Made by a program: the position numbers and the translations under genes. From Gemmatimonadota bacterium (GTDB lineage Bacteria; Gemmatimonadota; Gemmatimonadetes; Gemmatimonadales; GWC2-71-9): 59,261 bases of DNA. Each line of letters starts with the position of its first letter. Position 1 is the stretch's first letter. The DNA is taken from positions 1-59,261 of the forward strand of contig JBDHDE010000033.1 of the NCBI GenBank assembly GCA_039591655.1, in the 5' to 3' direction. Positions 38,291-47,647 of the stretch are shown piece after piece. The notes under the pieces are model-generated. The model saw only the letters and a program-made list of their open reading frames with translations. It had not been told where the DNA came from and searched no databases.

Positions 38291-39931
38291 ATGCTTTCGA
38301 CGATACGTAACCGTCTCATTGTGATCTTGATCCTGGTGGTGGGGGCCGTTGTCTCCCTCATCCCCCGGAACGTGACCATCCGGGAGCGCGGGCCCGACGG
38401 CAGCATGCGGGACACCACCGTCAAGCGGGTCCCCATCAAGCGAGGGCTGGACCTGCTCGGCGGGATCCACCTGGCGCTGGAAGTGGACGAGAGCGGCGGG
38501 CCCGTGGCGGACCGCGCCGGGGCCCTCGAGCGCGCGCTCACCGTCATCCGCTCGCGCGTCGACGAGTTCGGCGTGGCCGAGCCGCTCATCCAGCGGGTGG
38601 GTGACGACCGCATCATCGTGGAGTTGGCCGGGATCACCGAGCCCGGCCGCGCCAAGCAGATCGTTGAGCGGTCGGCGTTCCTCGAGTGGCGCTTCACGGA
38701 CATGCAGAACCTCTTCCGGGACGCCCTGCCCACCATCGACGCCGCTCTCGTGAGGGCGGGGGTGCGCAGCACCGGGGGCGCCGCGCCCACCACGGCGCTG
38801 GAGCAGCTCCTGGGTGCAGACACGGCCGTAGCCGGGGGCGACACGGCGACGGCGGACACGACGGCCGGCCTGGACCAGCCCGGCCCCCTCAGCACGCTGC
38901 TCTACAACGGGGCCATCCCGGGGGAGTTCCTCGTCCCGGAGGAGGACTTCCTCCTGGTGGACAGTCTGATCCGACTTCCCGAGGTGGAACGGGCCCTGCC
39001 CCGGGGGAGGGAGCTGGTGTGGGCCGCGGAGCCCATTTCGCAGGGCGCCCGCTCGTACCGACCCATGTACGCGGTAGACCGACGGTCGGTGCTCACCGGC
39101 ACGGAGCTGCAGGATGCTCGGGCCACGATCGACCCGACCAGCAACCAGGCCATCGTGCTGTTCCAGCTCTCCCGCTCGGGCGGCCGCCGCTTCCGCCAGG
39201 AGACACGGCAACACGTGGGTGATTTCATGGCCATCATGCTGGACGGGCGGGTGTTCCGACAACCGCCGGTGATTCGCAGCGAGATTGGCCGGGACGGACA
39301 GATCGAGTTGGGCAATGCCAGCCTGCAAGAAGCGCAGGACCTGGCGCTGGTGCTCAGGGCCGGCGCGCTGCCGGCGCCCCTCATCATCGTGGAGGAGCGC
39401 ACAGTGGGACCGAGCCTGGGGCGGGACTCCATCATACAGGGCCAGCGGGCGGCGATCATCGCGGCGGTCCTCGTGATTCTCGTCATGTTGGCCTATTACC
39501 GCGCAGCCGGAGCGCTGGCGGTGGGCGCCCTCTTGTTCTACGTGCTGTTCACCCTCGGCGGACTGGCCAGCTTCGGAGCGACCCTGACGCTTCCGGGCCT
39601 CGCCGGCTTCGTGCTGTCTCTCGGGATGGCCGTGGACGCCAACGTGCTGATCTTCGAGCGAACCCGTGAAGAGCTGAAACTGGGCAAGACGGCACGCGCG
39701 GCAGTGGATCAGGGCTTCGAGCATGCCATGCCCGCGATCATCGACGCCAACGTCACCACGGTCATCACGGCGGCGTTCCTGTTCCAGTTCGGCACCGGAC
39801 CGGTGCGGGGCTTCGCGGTCACCCTGATCGTGGGCATCATCGCGTCCCTGATCACCGCCGTGTTCGTGACTAAGACCTTCTTCCTGATCTGGCTGCAGAT
39901 GCGGTCGGCGACGAAGGAGCTGGCATTCTGA
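38291..39931 (+). CDS. secD: Protein translocase subunit SecD
   Basis: GLDLLGG, RVDEFGVAEP, LRAGALPAP, VGPSLG, GMAVDANVLIFER, GPVRGFAVTL. Confidence 0.97.
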   Translation: MLSTIRNRLIVILILVVGAVVSLIPRNVTIRERGPDGSMRDTTVKRVPIKRGLDLLGGIHLALEVDESGGPVADRAGALERALTVIRSRVDEFGVAEPLIQRVGDDRIIVELAGITEPGRAKQIVERSAFLEWRFTDMQNLFRDALPTIDAALVRAGVRSTGGAAPTTALEQLLGADTAVAGGDTATADTTAGLDQPGPLSTLLYNGAIPGEFLVPEEDFLLVDSLIRLPEVERALPRGRELVWAAEPISQGARSYRPMYAVDRRSVLTGTELQDARATIDPTSNQAIVLFQLSRSGGRRFRQETRQHVGDFMAIMLDGRVFRQPPVIRSEIGRDGQIELGNASLQEAQDLALVLRAGALPAPLIIVEERTVGPSLGRDSIIQGQRAAIIAAVLVILVMLAYYRAAGALAVGALLFYVLFTLGGLASFGATLTLPGLAGFVLSLGMAVDANVLIFERTREELKLGKTARAAVDQGFEHAMPAIIDANVTTVITAAFLFQFGTGPVRGFAVTLIVGIIASLITAVFVTKTFFLIWLQMRSATKELAF

Positions 39932-40899
39932 TGATCCGCCTGTTCGACAAAGCGAACTACGACTTCCTCGCGGTCTGGCAGGTCGCCTTCGCAGTCTCGG
40001 CGGCCTTCACGGTCCCGGGCCTCATCCTGCTCGGGATCCGCGGCCTCAACAGCAGCATCGAGTTCACTGGCGGGACCGTGATTCAGGTTCACGCGCTGGA
40101 TCCCGATATGCGCACGGCTGAGATCCGCTCCTCGCTGGACCAGGCGGGGATCGCCGGCGCCGAGATCCAGACCTTCGGTGGGCCCGACGAGTTCATTATT
40201 CGCGCTAGGCTCGACCCCCGCGCGGAGGTCACGGAGGAAACGACGCAGGAGACCGCGACGGCGGTACGCCAGGCGCTGTCGGACACCTTCGGTGAGGACA
40301 GCTACACGGTGGAGCGCGTGGAAGCCGTCGGACCGAAGGTGGGCAGTGAGCTGCGGGAGCGGACCGTTCTGGCGCTGCTGATGGCCACGGGCGCCATCTT
40401 CCTCGTGATCTGGTTCCGGTACGAATGGCGGTTCAGCCTCGCGGCTGTGCTGGCCACGGTGCACGACATCGTAACGACCACCGCCTTCATCTCGTACCTC
40501 AACCTCGAGGTCTCTCTGGTGGTGGTGGCGGCACTCCTCACAATTCTGGGGTACTCGCTCAACGACACCATCGTGACCTTCGACCGGGTCAGGGAGAACC
40601 TCAAGAAGTACCGGCGCGACAACATCTACGAGATCCTCAACCGGAGCATCAACGAGACGCTGCCCCGCACGGTCCTCACCTCGGGTACGACCCTCGGCGC
40701 CCTCGTCGCCCTCCTCGTGCTCGGAGGCCCCGTCATACGGCCTTTCGCGTGGGTAATGACCTTCGGCGTGGTGACGGGCACGTTCTCGTCCATCTTCATC
40801 GCGTCACCCGTACTCCGAGCCATTGAGCGCCGCTGGCCGGGCGAAGACGTACGGGGCGCTCGGGCTATCTCGCCGAGGGGCGCAGCCGTCGTTTCCTGA
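39931..40899 (+). CDS. secF: Protein translocase subunit SecF
   Basis: IEFTGGT, VGPKVG, HD, GYSLNDTIVTFDRVRE, TLPRT, GTFSSIFIA. Confidence 0.96.
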   Translation: MIRLFDKANYDFLAVWQVAFAVSAAFTVPGLILLGIRGLNSSIEFTGGTVIQVHALDPDMRTAEIRSSLDQAGIAGAEIQTFGGPDEFIIRARLDPRAEVTEETTQETATAVRQALSDTFGEDSYTVERVEAVGPKVGSELRERTVLALLMATGAIFLVIWFRYEWRFSLAAVLATVHDIVTTTAFISYLNLEVSLVVVAALLTILGYSLNDTIVTFDRVRENLKKYRRDNIYEILNRSINETLPRTVLTSGTTLGALVALLVLGGPVIRPFAWVMTFGVVTGTFSSIFIASPVLRAIERRWPGEDVRGARAISPRGAAVVS

Positions 40900-40920
40900 G
40901 GCGCCGGGGCGGGCGGAGCA

Positions 40921-41694
40921 GTGCTGGTCGACACCCATTGCCACCTCGGCGACGCACGCTTCGACGCCGACCGTGACGCAGTCGTGGCCCGCGCCCGCGC
41001 ATCGGGTGTGGGCCACGTCGTCGTGATCGCCGATACCGCCGACGCCACCGACCAGGCGATAGCGCTGGCCCGGGCTTACGGGCTCTCTGCCACCGCCGGA
41101 GTGCACCCGCATGAGGCCTCCAGTTGGTCCGGGGACGTGCCGGCCCGTATCGTGGCGGCGCTGGACGATCCTCTCGTGCTGGCGGTCGGCGAGACCGGAC
41201 TGGACTACCACTATGACCATTCCCCGCGCGACGTGCAGCGACGGGTGTTCGAGACGCACCTCGCGATTGCCGCCGAGCACGACATGCCTGTAGTAGTCCA
41301 CGCGCGGGAGGCCGACGATGATGTGGCGGCAATCATCGGGGAGTGGGGGGATCGCGTGCCAGCCCTTGTGCTCCACTCGTTCAGCTCTGGGCCGGCAGTG
41401 TTCGACGCCGGGATGAACGCCGGAGCGTACTTCGGCTTCTCGGGCATGGTCACGTTCAGGAACTGGAGGCAGACGGATCAGGTGGTGGCCTGCCCGGCCG
41501 AGCGACTCCTCCTCGAGACGGACGCACCATATCTTTCGCCGGTACCCCATCGCGGCAAACGCAACGAGCCGGCGTACGTCACCCACGTTGCCGAGCGCGT
41601 GGCGGAGCTGCGGGGCGTATCGCGCGAGCAACTGAGCGCGCAAACCACGACCAACGCGGAGCGTTGCTTCGGCGCCCGCGTAGCGCAACCATAG
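40921..41694 (+). CDS. tatD: TatD family DNase
   Basis: DTHCH, GVHPH, VGETGLDY, VVHAR, LHSF, LLETDAPY, NEPA. Confidence 0.93.
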   Translation: MLVDTHCHLGDARFDADRDAVVARARASGVGHVVVIADTADATDQAIALARAYGLSATAGVHPHEASSWSGDVPARIVAALDDPLVLAVGETGLDYHYDHSPRDVQRRVFETHLAIAAEHDMPVVVHAREADDDVAAIIGEWGDRVPALVLHSFSSGPAVFDAGMNAGAYFGFSGMVTFRNWRQTDQVVACPAERLLLETDAPYLSPVPHRGKRNEPAYVTHVAERVAELRGVSREQLSAQTTTNAERCFGARVAQP

Positions 41695-41714
41695 GGAATG
41701 GGAAGACGGGGATC

Positions 41715-43394
41715 ATGACGACCACTACCGTACCTACCGACATCGCGATCGCCCAGGCCGCCGAACCGCGCCCGATCGCCGACGTGGCCGCCGACCTCGA
41801 CCTCGGGGCCGACGACCTCATCCGCTACGGCGAGCACAAGGCCAAGGTGCGGCTCAAGAGCCTGGAGGATCGCCCGCGGAAGGGCCGCCTCGTACTGGTC
41901 ACCGCCATCAACCCGACAGCGGCCGGTGAAGGGAAGTCCACGGTGACGGTCGGTGTCACCCAGGCGCTGCGCAAGCTGGGGCACAACGTAGTCCTCACGA
42001 TGCGCGAGCCCAGCCTAGGGCCCGTGTTTGGCATCAAGGGGGGAGCGGCCGGTGGCGGCTATGCACAAGTGGTCCCAATGGAGGACATCAACCTCCACTT
42101 CACGGGCGACTTCCACGCCATTACCAGCGCGCACAACCTGCTCTCAGCGCTGCTGGACAACCACCTGCAACAGGGGAACCCCCTCGGGATCGACCCCAGG
42201 CGCATCACGTGGCCGCGCACCATCGACATGAATGACCGGGCGCTGCGTGGAATCGTGATCGGGCTGGGCGGCCCGCTGGGTGGGGTGCCGCGGGAGGAGC
42301 GCTTCGTCATCACGCCGGCCAGCGAGATCCAGGCCATCATGTGCCTGGCTCGTGACATGGATGATCTCGAGGAGCGGCTGGGCCGCATCATCGTGGGGAT
42401 GACGCGGCAGCGGGAAGCGGTGCGCGCCGACCAGCTGAAGGCGCAGGGCGCCATGACCCTCCTCCTGAAGGACGCCCTCAACCCCAACCTGGTGCAGACG
42501 CTGGAGGGCGGACCCGCATTGGTACACTGCGGCCCGTTCGGCAACATCGCCCACGGCTGCAATTCGGTCGTGGCCACCGACGCGGCGCTGCGCCTCGCCG
42601 ATATCGTCGTGACGGAGGCCGGCTTCGGAGCCGACCTCGGCGCCGAGAAGTTCTTCGACATCAAGTGCCGGGTGGGCGACCTGGAGCCCGAGGCGGCCGT
42701 GGTCGTAGCCACCGTCCGGGCGCTCAAGCTCCATGGCGGTGTCGCGAAGGACAAGCTGACCGAGCCCGACGCCGCGGCGGTCGAGCGGGGGTTTGCCAAC
42801 CTCCGGCAACATGTGGAGAACGTCGCCAAGTTCGGCGTCCCCACCGTGGTCGCGATGAACCGGTTCCTCACCGACAGCGACGAGGAGCTGGAGGCGGTGC
42901 GCGCCGGCTGTGAGTCGATGGGAGTGCAGGTGGCGCTGTGTGAGGTATGGGAGAAGGGCGGCGACGGCGGAATCGAGCTCGCCGAGGCGATCCTCGGGCT
43001 GCTCGACGGCGGTGGGGCCGGCTTCCGGCCGCTGTACGACGCGGCACTCCCCATCCGCGACAAGATCGAGATCGTTGCACGCGAGGTCTACCGGGCGGAC
43101 GGGGTCACGTACCTGCCGGTGGCCGCTCGTGCCGCCGACCGGCTCGCGGAGTGGGGCCTCGGAAACACGCCCGTCTGCATGGCGAAGACCCAATACTCCT
43201 TCAGCGACGACGCCGCCTTGCTGGGGGCGCCGCGAAACTTCAAGATGACGGTGCGGGACATCTACCCGTCGTCCGGTGCGGGGTTCGTGGTGGCACTCTG
43301 CGGTGACATCATGACGATGCCCGGATTGGGGAAGACCCCCGCCGCCGAGAAGATGCGGGTGGCCGGGGACGGCACCATCGAAGGGCTCTTTTAG
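41715..43394 (+). CDS. fhs: Formate--tetrahydrofolate ligase
   Basis: TAINPTAAGEGKST, REPSLGPVFGIKGGAAGGGYAQV, GPFGNIAHG, AKTQYS, IMTMPGL. Confidence 0.97.
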   Translation: MTTTTVPTDIAIAQAAEPRPIADVAADLDLGADDLIRYGEHKAKVRLKSLEDRPRKGRLVLVTAINPTAAGEGKSTVTVGVTQALRKLGHNVVLTMREPSLGPVFGIKGGAAGGGYAQVVPMEDINLHFTGDFHAITSAHNLLSALLDNHLQQGNPLGIDPRRITWPRTIDMNDRALRGIVIGLGGPLGGVPREERFVITPASEIQAIMCLARDMDDLEERLGRIIVGMTRQREAVRADQLKAQGAMTLLLKDALNPNLVQTLEGGPALVHCGPFGNIAHGCNSVVATDAALRLADIVVTEAGFGADLGAEKFFDIKCRVGDLEPEAAVVVATVRALKLHGGVAKDKLTEPDAAAVERGFANLRQHVENVAKFGVPTVVAMNRFLTDSDEELEAVRAGCESMGVQVALCEVWEKGGDGGIELAEAILGLLDGGGAGFRPLYDAALPIRDKIEIVAREVYRADGVTYLPVAARAADRLAEWGLGNTPVCMAKTQYSFSDDAALLGAPRNFKMTVRDIYPSSGAGFVVALCGDIMTMPGLGKTPAAEKMRVAGDGTIEGLF

Positions 43395-43408
43395 GAGGAA
43401 CCGGAACG

Positions 43409-43786
43409 ATGGAGTTCGTCACGACCAGAGACGCGCCGGAGGCCATCGGGCCGTACACCCAGGCGGTCGTCGTCGGTGACTTCGTGTTCGCCTCGGGACA
43501 GATCCCGCTCGATCCGGAGACCATGGAGATCGTGGGCGACGACGTGAAAGCCCAGACCGACCGAGCGCTGCGCAACATCACGGCCGTACTGCGGGAGGCC
43601 GGCGTCGATCTGTCCAAGGTGGTCAAGAGCACTGTCTACCTGGCGAACATCGCCGATTTCCAGGCCATGAACGAGGTGTACGCCGCGCACTTCGGCGAGC
43701 ACCGCCCCGCGCGGGCGGCGCTGCAGGCGGCGGCACTGCCCAAGGGCGCGCTCGTCGAGATCGAAGCGATCGCGGTACGGAGCTAG
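43409..43786 (+). CDS. ridA: RidA family imine/enamine deaminase
   Basis: APEAIGPYTQA, SGQIPLDP, MNEVY, PAR, LPKGALVEIEAIA. Confidence 0.92.
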   Translation: MEFVTTRDAPEAIGPYTQAVVVGDFVFASGQIPLDPETMEIVGDDVKAQTDRALRNITAVLREAGVDLSKVVKSTVYLANIADFQAMNEVYAAHFGEHRPARAALQAAALPKGALVEIEAIAVRS

Positions 43787-43795
43787 CCACGAGAC

Positions 43796-43892
43796 GGGGG
43801 CGGATCGGGCCTGGTGGCCCGTACGGTCTTCAAAACCGCTGGGAGGCGCCTGAGGCGGCTCCGGTGGGTTCGATTCCCACACGCTCCCGCCA
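43796..43892 (+). tRNA. selC: tRNA-Sec (anticodon UCA)
   Basis: Acceptor GGGGGCG/CGCTCCC plus GCCA; 6-bp D stem CGGGCC/GGCCCG with 4-nt loop; anticodon loop CTTCAAA (TCA 43830-32); long variable arm; T arm GTGGG-TTCGATT-CCCAC. Confidence 0.95.
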
Positions 43893-43907
43893 GTGTCGTC
43901 GACTTCG

Positions 43908-44807
43908 ATGAGCTCCGCCTGCTTCATCCTCAATGCAGCCGCCGGGCGCGGCATGGGACACAGGCTGAGGCCACGGTTGGCCGAGTCCGTCGCCGCGCTG
44001 GGGTGGGACGCCAAGATCGAAGAGACTACCCACGCCGGCCACGAAGCCGACCTCGCGGCCCAGGCCCGCGCTGACGGCTGGCCCCTGGTCGTGGCCGTCG
44101 GCGGCGACGGCACGGTACACCACGCGGCGAACGGATTGCTCGCCGACGGCCCCACGGACACGGTGCTCGGGCACGTCCCGATCGGGACGGGCAACGACTA
44201 CGCCTACGCCCTCGGCCTGGGCAAGGCGCCATTCGAGCGCAACCTCGCCACGGCACTCAACGGCACCCCGCGGCCGCTCGACGTGGGACGCGCTCTCGGC
44301 GAGTACTTCGTGAACGCCTTGGGAGCGGGGTTCGACGCCGAGGCGGTGCGGCACACGCTGCGCATGAAGCACCTGCGGGGCTCCCTCCTCTACCTGGCCG
44401 CCGTTTACCGCACCTTCGTCTCGTTCCGGCCGCCGCAGCTCGAGGTATCGGCCACGGAGCACACCGAGCGCGGGCGCATGATGATGATGGAAGTCGCAAT
44501 CGGCCCGCGCATCGGCGGCGGGTTCAAGATCGCCCCCGACGCCGTGCCGGACGACGGTATGTTCGATGTCTGTGTGATCAGGCGGGTGGGCCTGTGGCGG
44601 TTCCTGCGCTACGTCCCCCGCGTCATCAAGGGAACGCACGCGACACTGCCGGACGTGGCGCTGTTCCGCAGCAGCCGCGTGACCCTGACCGGCATCTCCG
44701 GCCCCGTGTGGCTGCACCTCGACGGCGAGCTGCGCCAGCTCGACGGCGATGCTCCGGAGACCGTGGAGATCCTCCCCCGGTACCTCAAGGTGCTATGCGC
44801 GCGCTGA
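43908..44807 (+). CDS. Diacylglycerol/lipid kinase family (YegS/DagK-like); alternative GTG start 43893
   Basis: LNAAAG, VGGDGT, PIGTGNDYA, GAGFDA, GGGF, DDG-x-D, LDGE. Confidence 0.9.
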   Translation: MSSACFILNAAAGRGMGHRLRPRLAESVAALGWDAKIEETTHAGHEADLAAQARADGWPLVVAVGGDGTVHHAANGLLADGPTDTVLGHVPIGTGNDYAYALGLGKAPFERNLATALNGTPRPLDVGRALGEYFVNALGAGFDAEAVRHTLRMKHLRGSLLYLAAVYRTFVSFRPPQLEVSATEHTERGRMMMMEVAIGPRIGGGFKIAPDAVPDDGMFDVCVIRRVGLWRFLRYVPRVIKGTHATLPDVALFRSSRVTLTGISGPVWLHLDGELRQLDGDAPETVEILPRYLKVLCAR

Positions 44808-45304
44808 TCGCCACTCTGGGGCTGAGCATCTTCCTGGCGGCTGCCGCGCCGGCCCAGGTCGTCGAGCGCCCGCCCGCCCAGCAGCAGCCTCAGCCCAGCG
44901 ACACGATCAAGGTACCCCAGTTTCGCACCGAGCCGCCGGTCTCCCCCCTGGGGGCCATGTGGCGCTCCCTCCTCCTGCCGGGATGGGGACAGTCCGTGCT
45001 GGGGCGCCGGGTCACCGGTGCGGTGTTCATCTTCTGGGAAGGCCTGACGCTCACCATGGTGGTGAAGTCGGCCCACCAGCTCGACTACTTCCGCAGCATC
45101 GACGACGGCAGCGACGAGATGGCCGAGAAGATCACCGGCAAGAAGCAGGAGATCGAGGACTGGGCAGTCCTCCTCGTGTTCAACCACCTGCTTGCCGCCG
45201 CCGAGGCGTACGTGTCCGGGGTGCTGTGGGACTTCCCGGCGGATCTCGCGGTGAGGGCCCTGCCCAGTGGGGATGTGATGGCGGGGGTGAGTCTGTACTG
45301 GTGA
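44795..45304 (+). CDS. Hypothetical exported/membrane protein (DUF5683-like)
   Basis: Signal peptide; SLLLPGWGQ and AEAYV patterns. Confidence 0.7.
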   Translation: MRALIATLGLSIFLAAAAPAQVVERPPAQQQPQPSDTIKVPQFRTEPPVSPLGAMWRSLLLPGWGQSVLGRRVTGAVFIFWEGLTLTMVVKSAHQLDYFRSIDDGSDEMAEKITGKKQEIEDWAVLLVFNHLLAAAEAYVSGVLWDFPADLAVRALPSGDVMAGVSLYW

Positions 45305-45356
45305 AGCCGTGGCGCCCGCCCGCCCATGCGGGTCGCGGCCCTCGAAGCCTGTCGTC

Positions 45357-46091
45357 CTAATCCCCGAAGCGCTCGAGCGCGGGCCCCTCCGGCGTGATCC
45401 GAGCGTAGCGGAAGCCGTCCATCCACGCACCCGGATTGAGATACCAGCGTCGCTCGCCCACGCGCTCGAGGGTCGCCCGGTGCGTGTGCGCCAGCACGAC
45501 CAACTGGAGATCACCGCGCTCGGCGAGCAACTGCCGGGCGTATTTGGCCTGAGCCGCGGCGGCGCGCTGCACGATCGCCTCGTCCCCGGTCTTGCCGGCC
45601 AGGAGCGGCGCCAACCGGCGGACGAGTCCGAAGCCCACGTCCGGGTGCAAGGCGCGGAACAGTCGTGCAGTCAGCGGGCGCCGGATGAGGCCGTGTACGA
45701 GCCGGGCTCCCAGCTCGGCCTCGGCGATCCCGTCACCGTGAGCCACGTACGCTTTGAAGCCCGCCAGCTCCAGCTCGGCCGCTTCGGGGTGGAAGGCCGC
45801 ATCCAGGTGATCGCGCCAGAAGGCGCCACCCCACCGGTCGTGGTTCCCACCGATCACGGTGAGCGCCACCCCCGCGCTCCGCACCTCGGCCAGCGCGGCT
45901 AGGGTGGGGAACGCCTCCCGGGGGATCACGGCGCGATACTCCATCCAGAACTCGAACAGATCACCGCCGATCACCAGGTGGTCGGCCATCCCCGACACCC
46001 GGCCGAGGAAGCGGCTGAGCGCCTGCGCCCGGTCCTCGGAGGCGCGTTGCAGGTGCGCGTCGCAAACGATGATGGTGGCGTGAGGCGGCAC
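45357..46091 (-). CDS. lpxH: UDP-2,3-diacylglucosamine diphosphatase (LpxH-like metallophosphoesterase)
   Basis: DAH, GDLFEFW, GNHD, AHGD, AHTH, NPGAW; GTG 46091 lies just downstream of a TATACT box. Confidence 0.82.
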   Translation of the reverse strand: MPPHATIIVCDAHLQRASEDRAQALSRFLGRVSGMADHLVIGGDLFEFWMEYRAVIPREAFPTLAALAEVRSAGVALTVIGGNHDRWGGAFWRDHLDAAFHPEAAELELAGFKAYVAHGDGIAEAELGARLVHGLIRRPLTARLFRALHPDVGFGLVRRLAPLLAGKTGDEAIVQRAAAAQAKYARQLLAERGDLQLVVLAHTHRATLERVGERRWYLNPGAWMDGFRYARITPEGPALERFGD

Positions 46092-46252
46092 GGCCGCAGT
46101 ATAGAGGAGCCACCTCAGCCACCGCAACCACCTGTGGTTATTGGCTTTCCGCGCGGCCGGCAGCCATTAGATTGAGCAGGTGCCGCCGCGGCACGCGCGC
46201 CGGAACGGCGCCGTGCCGGTTCGCAGCCGGCGGCGCCCAACAGCACCGTCAC

Positions 46253-47209
46253 ATGAGCGATTCACTCGAGGCAGTCGAGCCGGTGGCGCCGGGGCCGACC
46301 AACCCGGGCACGCCCTTCGACCGGGAGGCCGTGTTCGGGCCGCCGGTGGACGAGGGCGAGATCGAGCGGCGGGTGAGGGCGCTCGACGCTTCTGTCCAGA
46401 GCAAGGACGAGGCTGTTGCCGACCTGCTGGCGATCGTCGCGTGCCTCGATCTCACGTCGCTCGGGGGTGACGAGTCGATCACCCGAATCCGGGAGCTCTG
46501 CGCCGCGGCCCGAAGGCCGCTCCCAGACCCCCTGGTCGAAGGACTCGGGCCTGCTGCCCGAGGGGTGCACGCCGCGGCGGTGTGCATTCACACTCGGCAC
46601 GTTGCGCTGGCAGCGGCGGAGCTTGCGGGCTCGGGTATCCCGGTTGCGGCCGTCGGCGGCGGCTTTCCGGCGGCCCTCGACGACCTGGCGCTGAGGGTGG
46701 CCGACGTGGGGCGGGCCCTCGAGGCCGGCGCCCGGGAGATCGACCTGGTCATCCGCCGGGAACTGGCTCTTGCGGGGGCCTGGGAGGAGCTTTACCGAGA
46801 GCTCCGTGAGTTGCGGCGGGCGAGCGGCTCCGCACGTCTCAAGGTGATCCTGGCGGCGGGTGACCTCCCTGACCTCGCGTCGGTGGCCCGGGCGGGCAGG
46901 GTAGCGCTGATGGCGGGGGCCGATTTCCTCAAGACGTCCACCGGCCGCGATCGCACCGGCGCCACCCTGGCGATGGGAATCGTCATGGCTCGTGCCGTAG
47001 CCGCGTATCGCGACGAGACAGGCGTCGCGGCGGGCCTCAAGCCGGCAGGCGGCATCGGCACCACCCACCAGGCCCTCGGGTGGCGCACGTTGGTGAAGGA
47101 GGAGCTCGGCAGCCACTGGCTGAGGCCGGAGCGCTTTCGCATCGGAGCGAGCGCGCTGCTGGCGAACGTGGTGCGGGAGCTGGAGGATCACATACCAGGA
47201 GTGAGATGA
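46253..47209 (+). CDS. deoC: Deoxyribose-phosphate aldolase (long form)
   Basis: LDLTSL, AAAVC, GAREIDLVI, LKVIL, GADFLKTSTG, GLKPAGGI, FRIGASALL. Confidence 0.92.
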   Translation: MSDSLEAVEPVAPGPTNPGTPFDREAVFGPPVDEGEIERRVRALDASVQSKDEAVADLLAIVACLDLTSLGGDESITRIRELCAAARRPLPDPLVEGLGPAARGVHAAAVCIHTRHVALAAAELAGSGIPVAAVGGGFPAALDDLALRVADVGRALEAGAREIDLVIRRELALAGAWEELYRELRELRRASGSARLKVILAAGDLPDLASVARAGRVALMAGADFLKTSTGRDRTGATLAMGIVMARAVAAYRDETGVAAGLKPAGGIGTTHQALGWRTLVKEELGSHWLRPERFRIGASALLANVVRELEDHIPGVR

Positions 47210-47647
47210 ATGTCAGTCGATCCCGGTCGCGCATGCTCCGCCAGCGAGCTGCGCGTTCGCTACTCCGAAACCGACCAGATGGGCGTGGCCCACCACTCCG
47301 CCTACGTCATCTGGTGCGAGCAGGCTCGCACCGACCACATGCGCCGGCTGGGCGTGAGCTACCGGGAGCTGGAGCAACAGGGCCTCCGACTGCCTGTCGT
47401 CGAGGTCCACCTCCGCTACCGGGCCCCGGCTCGCTACGACGACCTGCTCCGCATCCGCTGCTGGGTGCGCGACGCCACGAGCCGGCGGGTCGTTTTCGGG
47501 TATGCCGTGGAGCGGGCCGCGGACGGGCAGCTCCTGGCGACGGCACAAACGGCTCTTATCGCGGTAGATTCAACATATGCCCTCACGAGGCTCCCTCAGG
47601 ATGTGCGTGAGAAGCTCCTGGTCGCTCCTGATCCTGTACGCCTGTAG
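47210..47647 (+). CDS. Acyl-CoA thioesterase (YbgC/FadM hot-dog family)
   Basis: [15 protein letters not shown]-x-[11 protein letters not shown]. Confidence 0.9.
   Translation: MSVDPGRACSASELRVRYSETDQMGVAHHSAYVIWCEQARTDHMRRLGVSYRELEQQGLRLPVVEVHLRYRAPARYDDLLRIRCWVRDATSRRVVFGYAVERAADGQLLATAQTALIAVDSTYALTRLPQDVREKLLVAPDPVRL

Noticed and set aside
43893..43960. selC as an integration site for a genomic island
   Set aside because: No integrase, no duplicated tRNA 3' end seen, and the flanking genes are housekeeping with normal composition.
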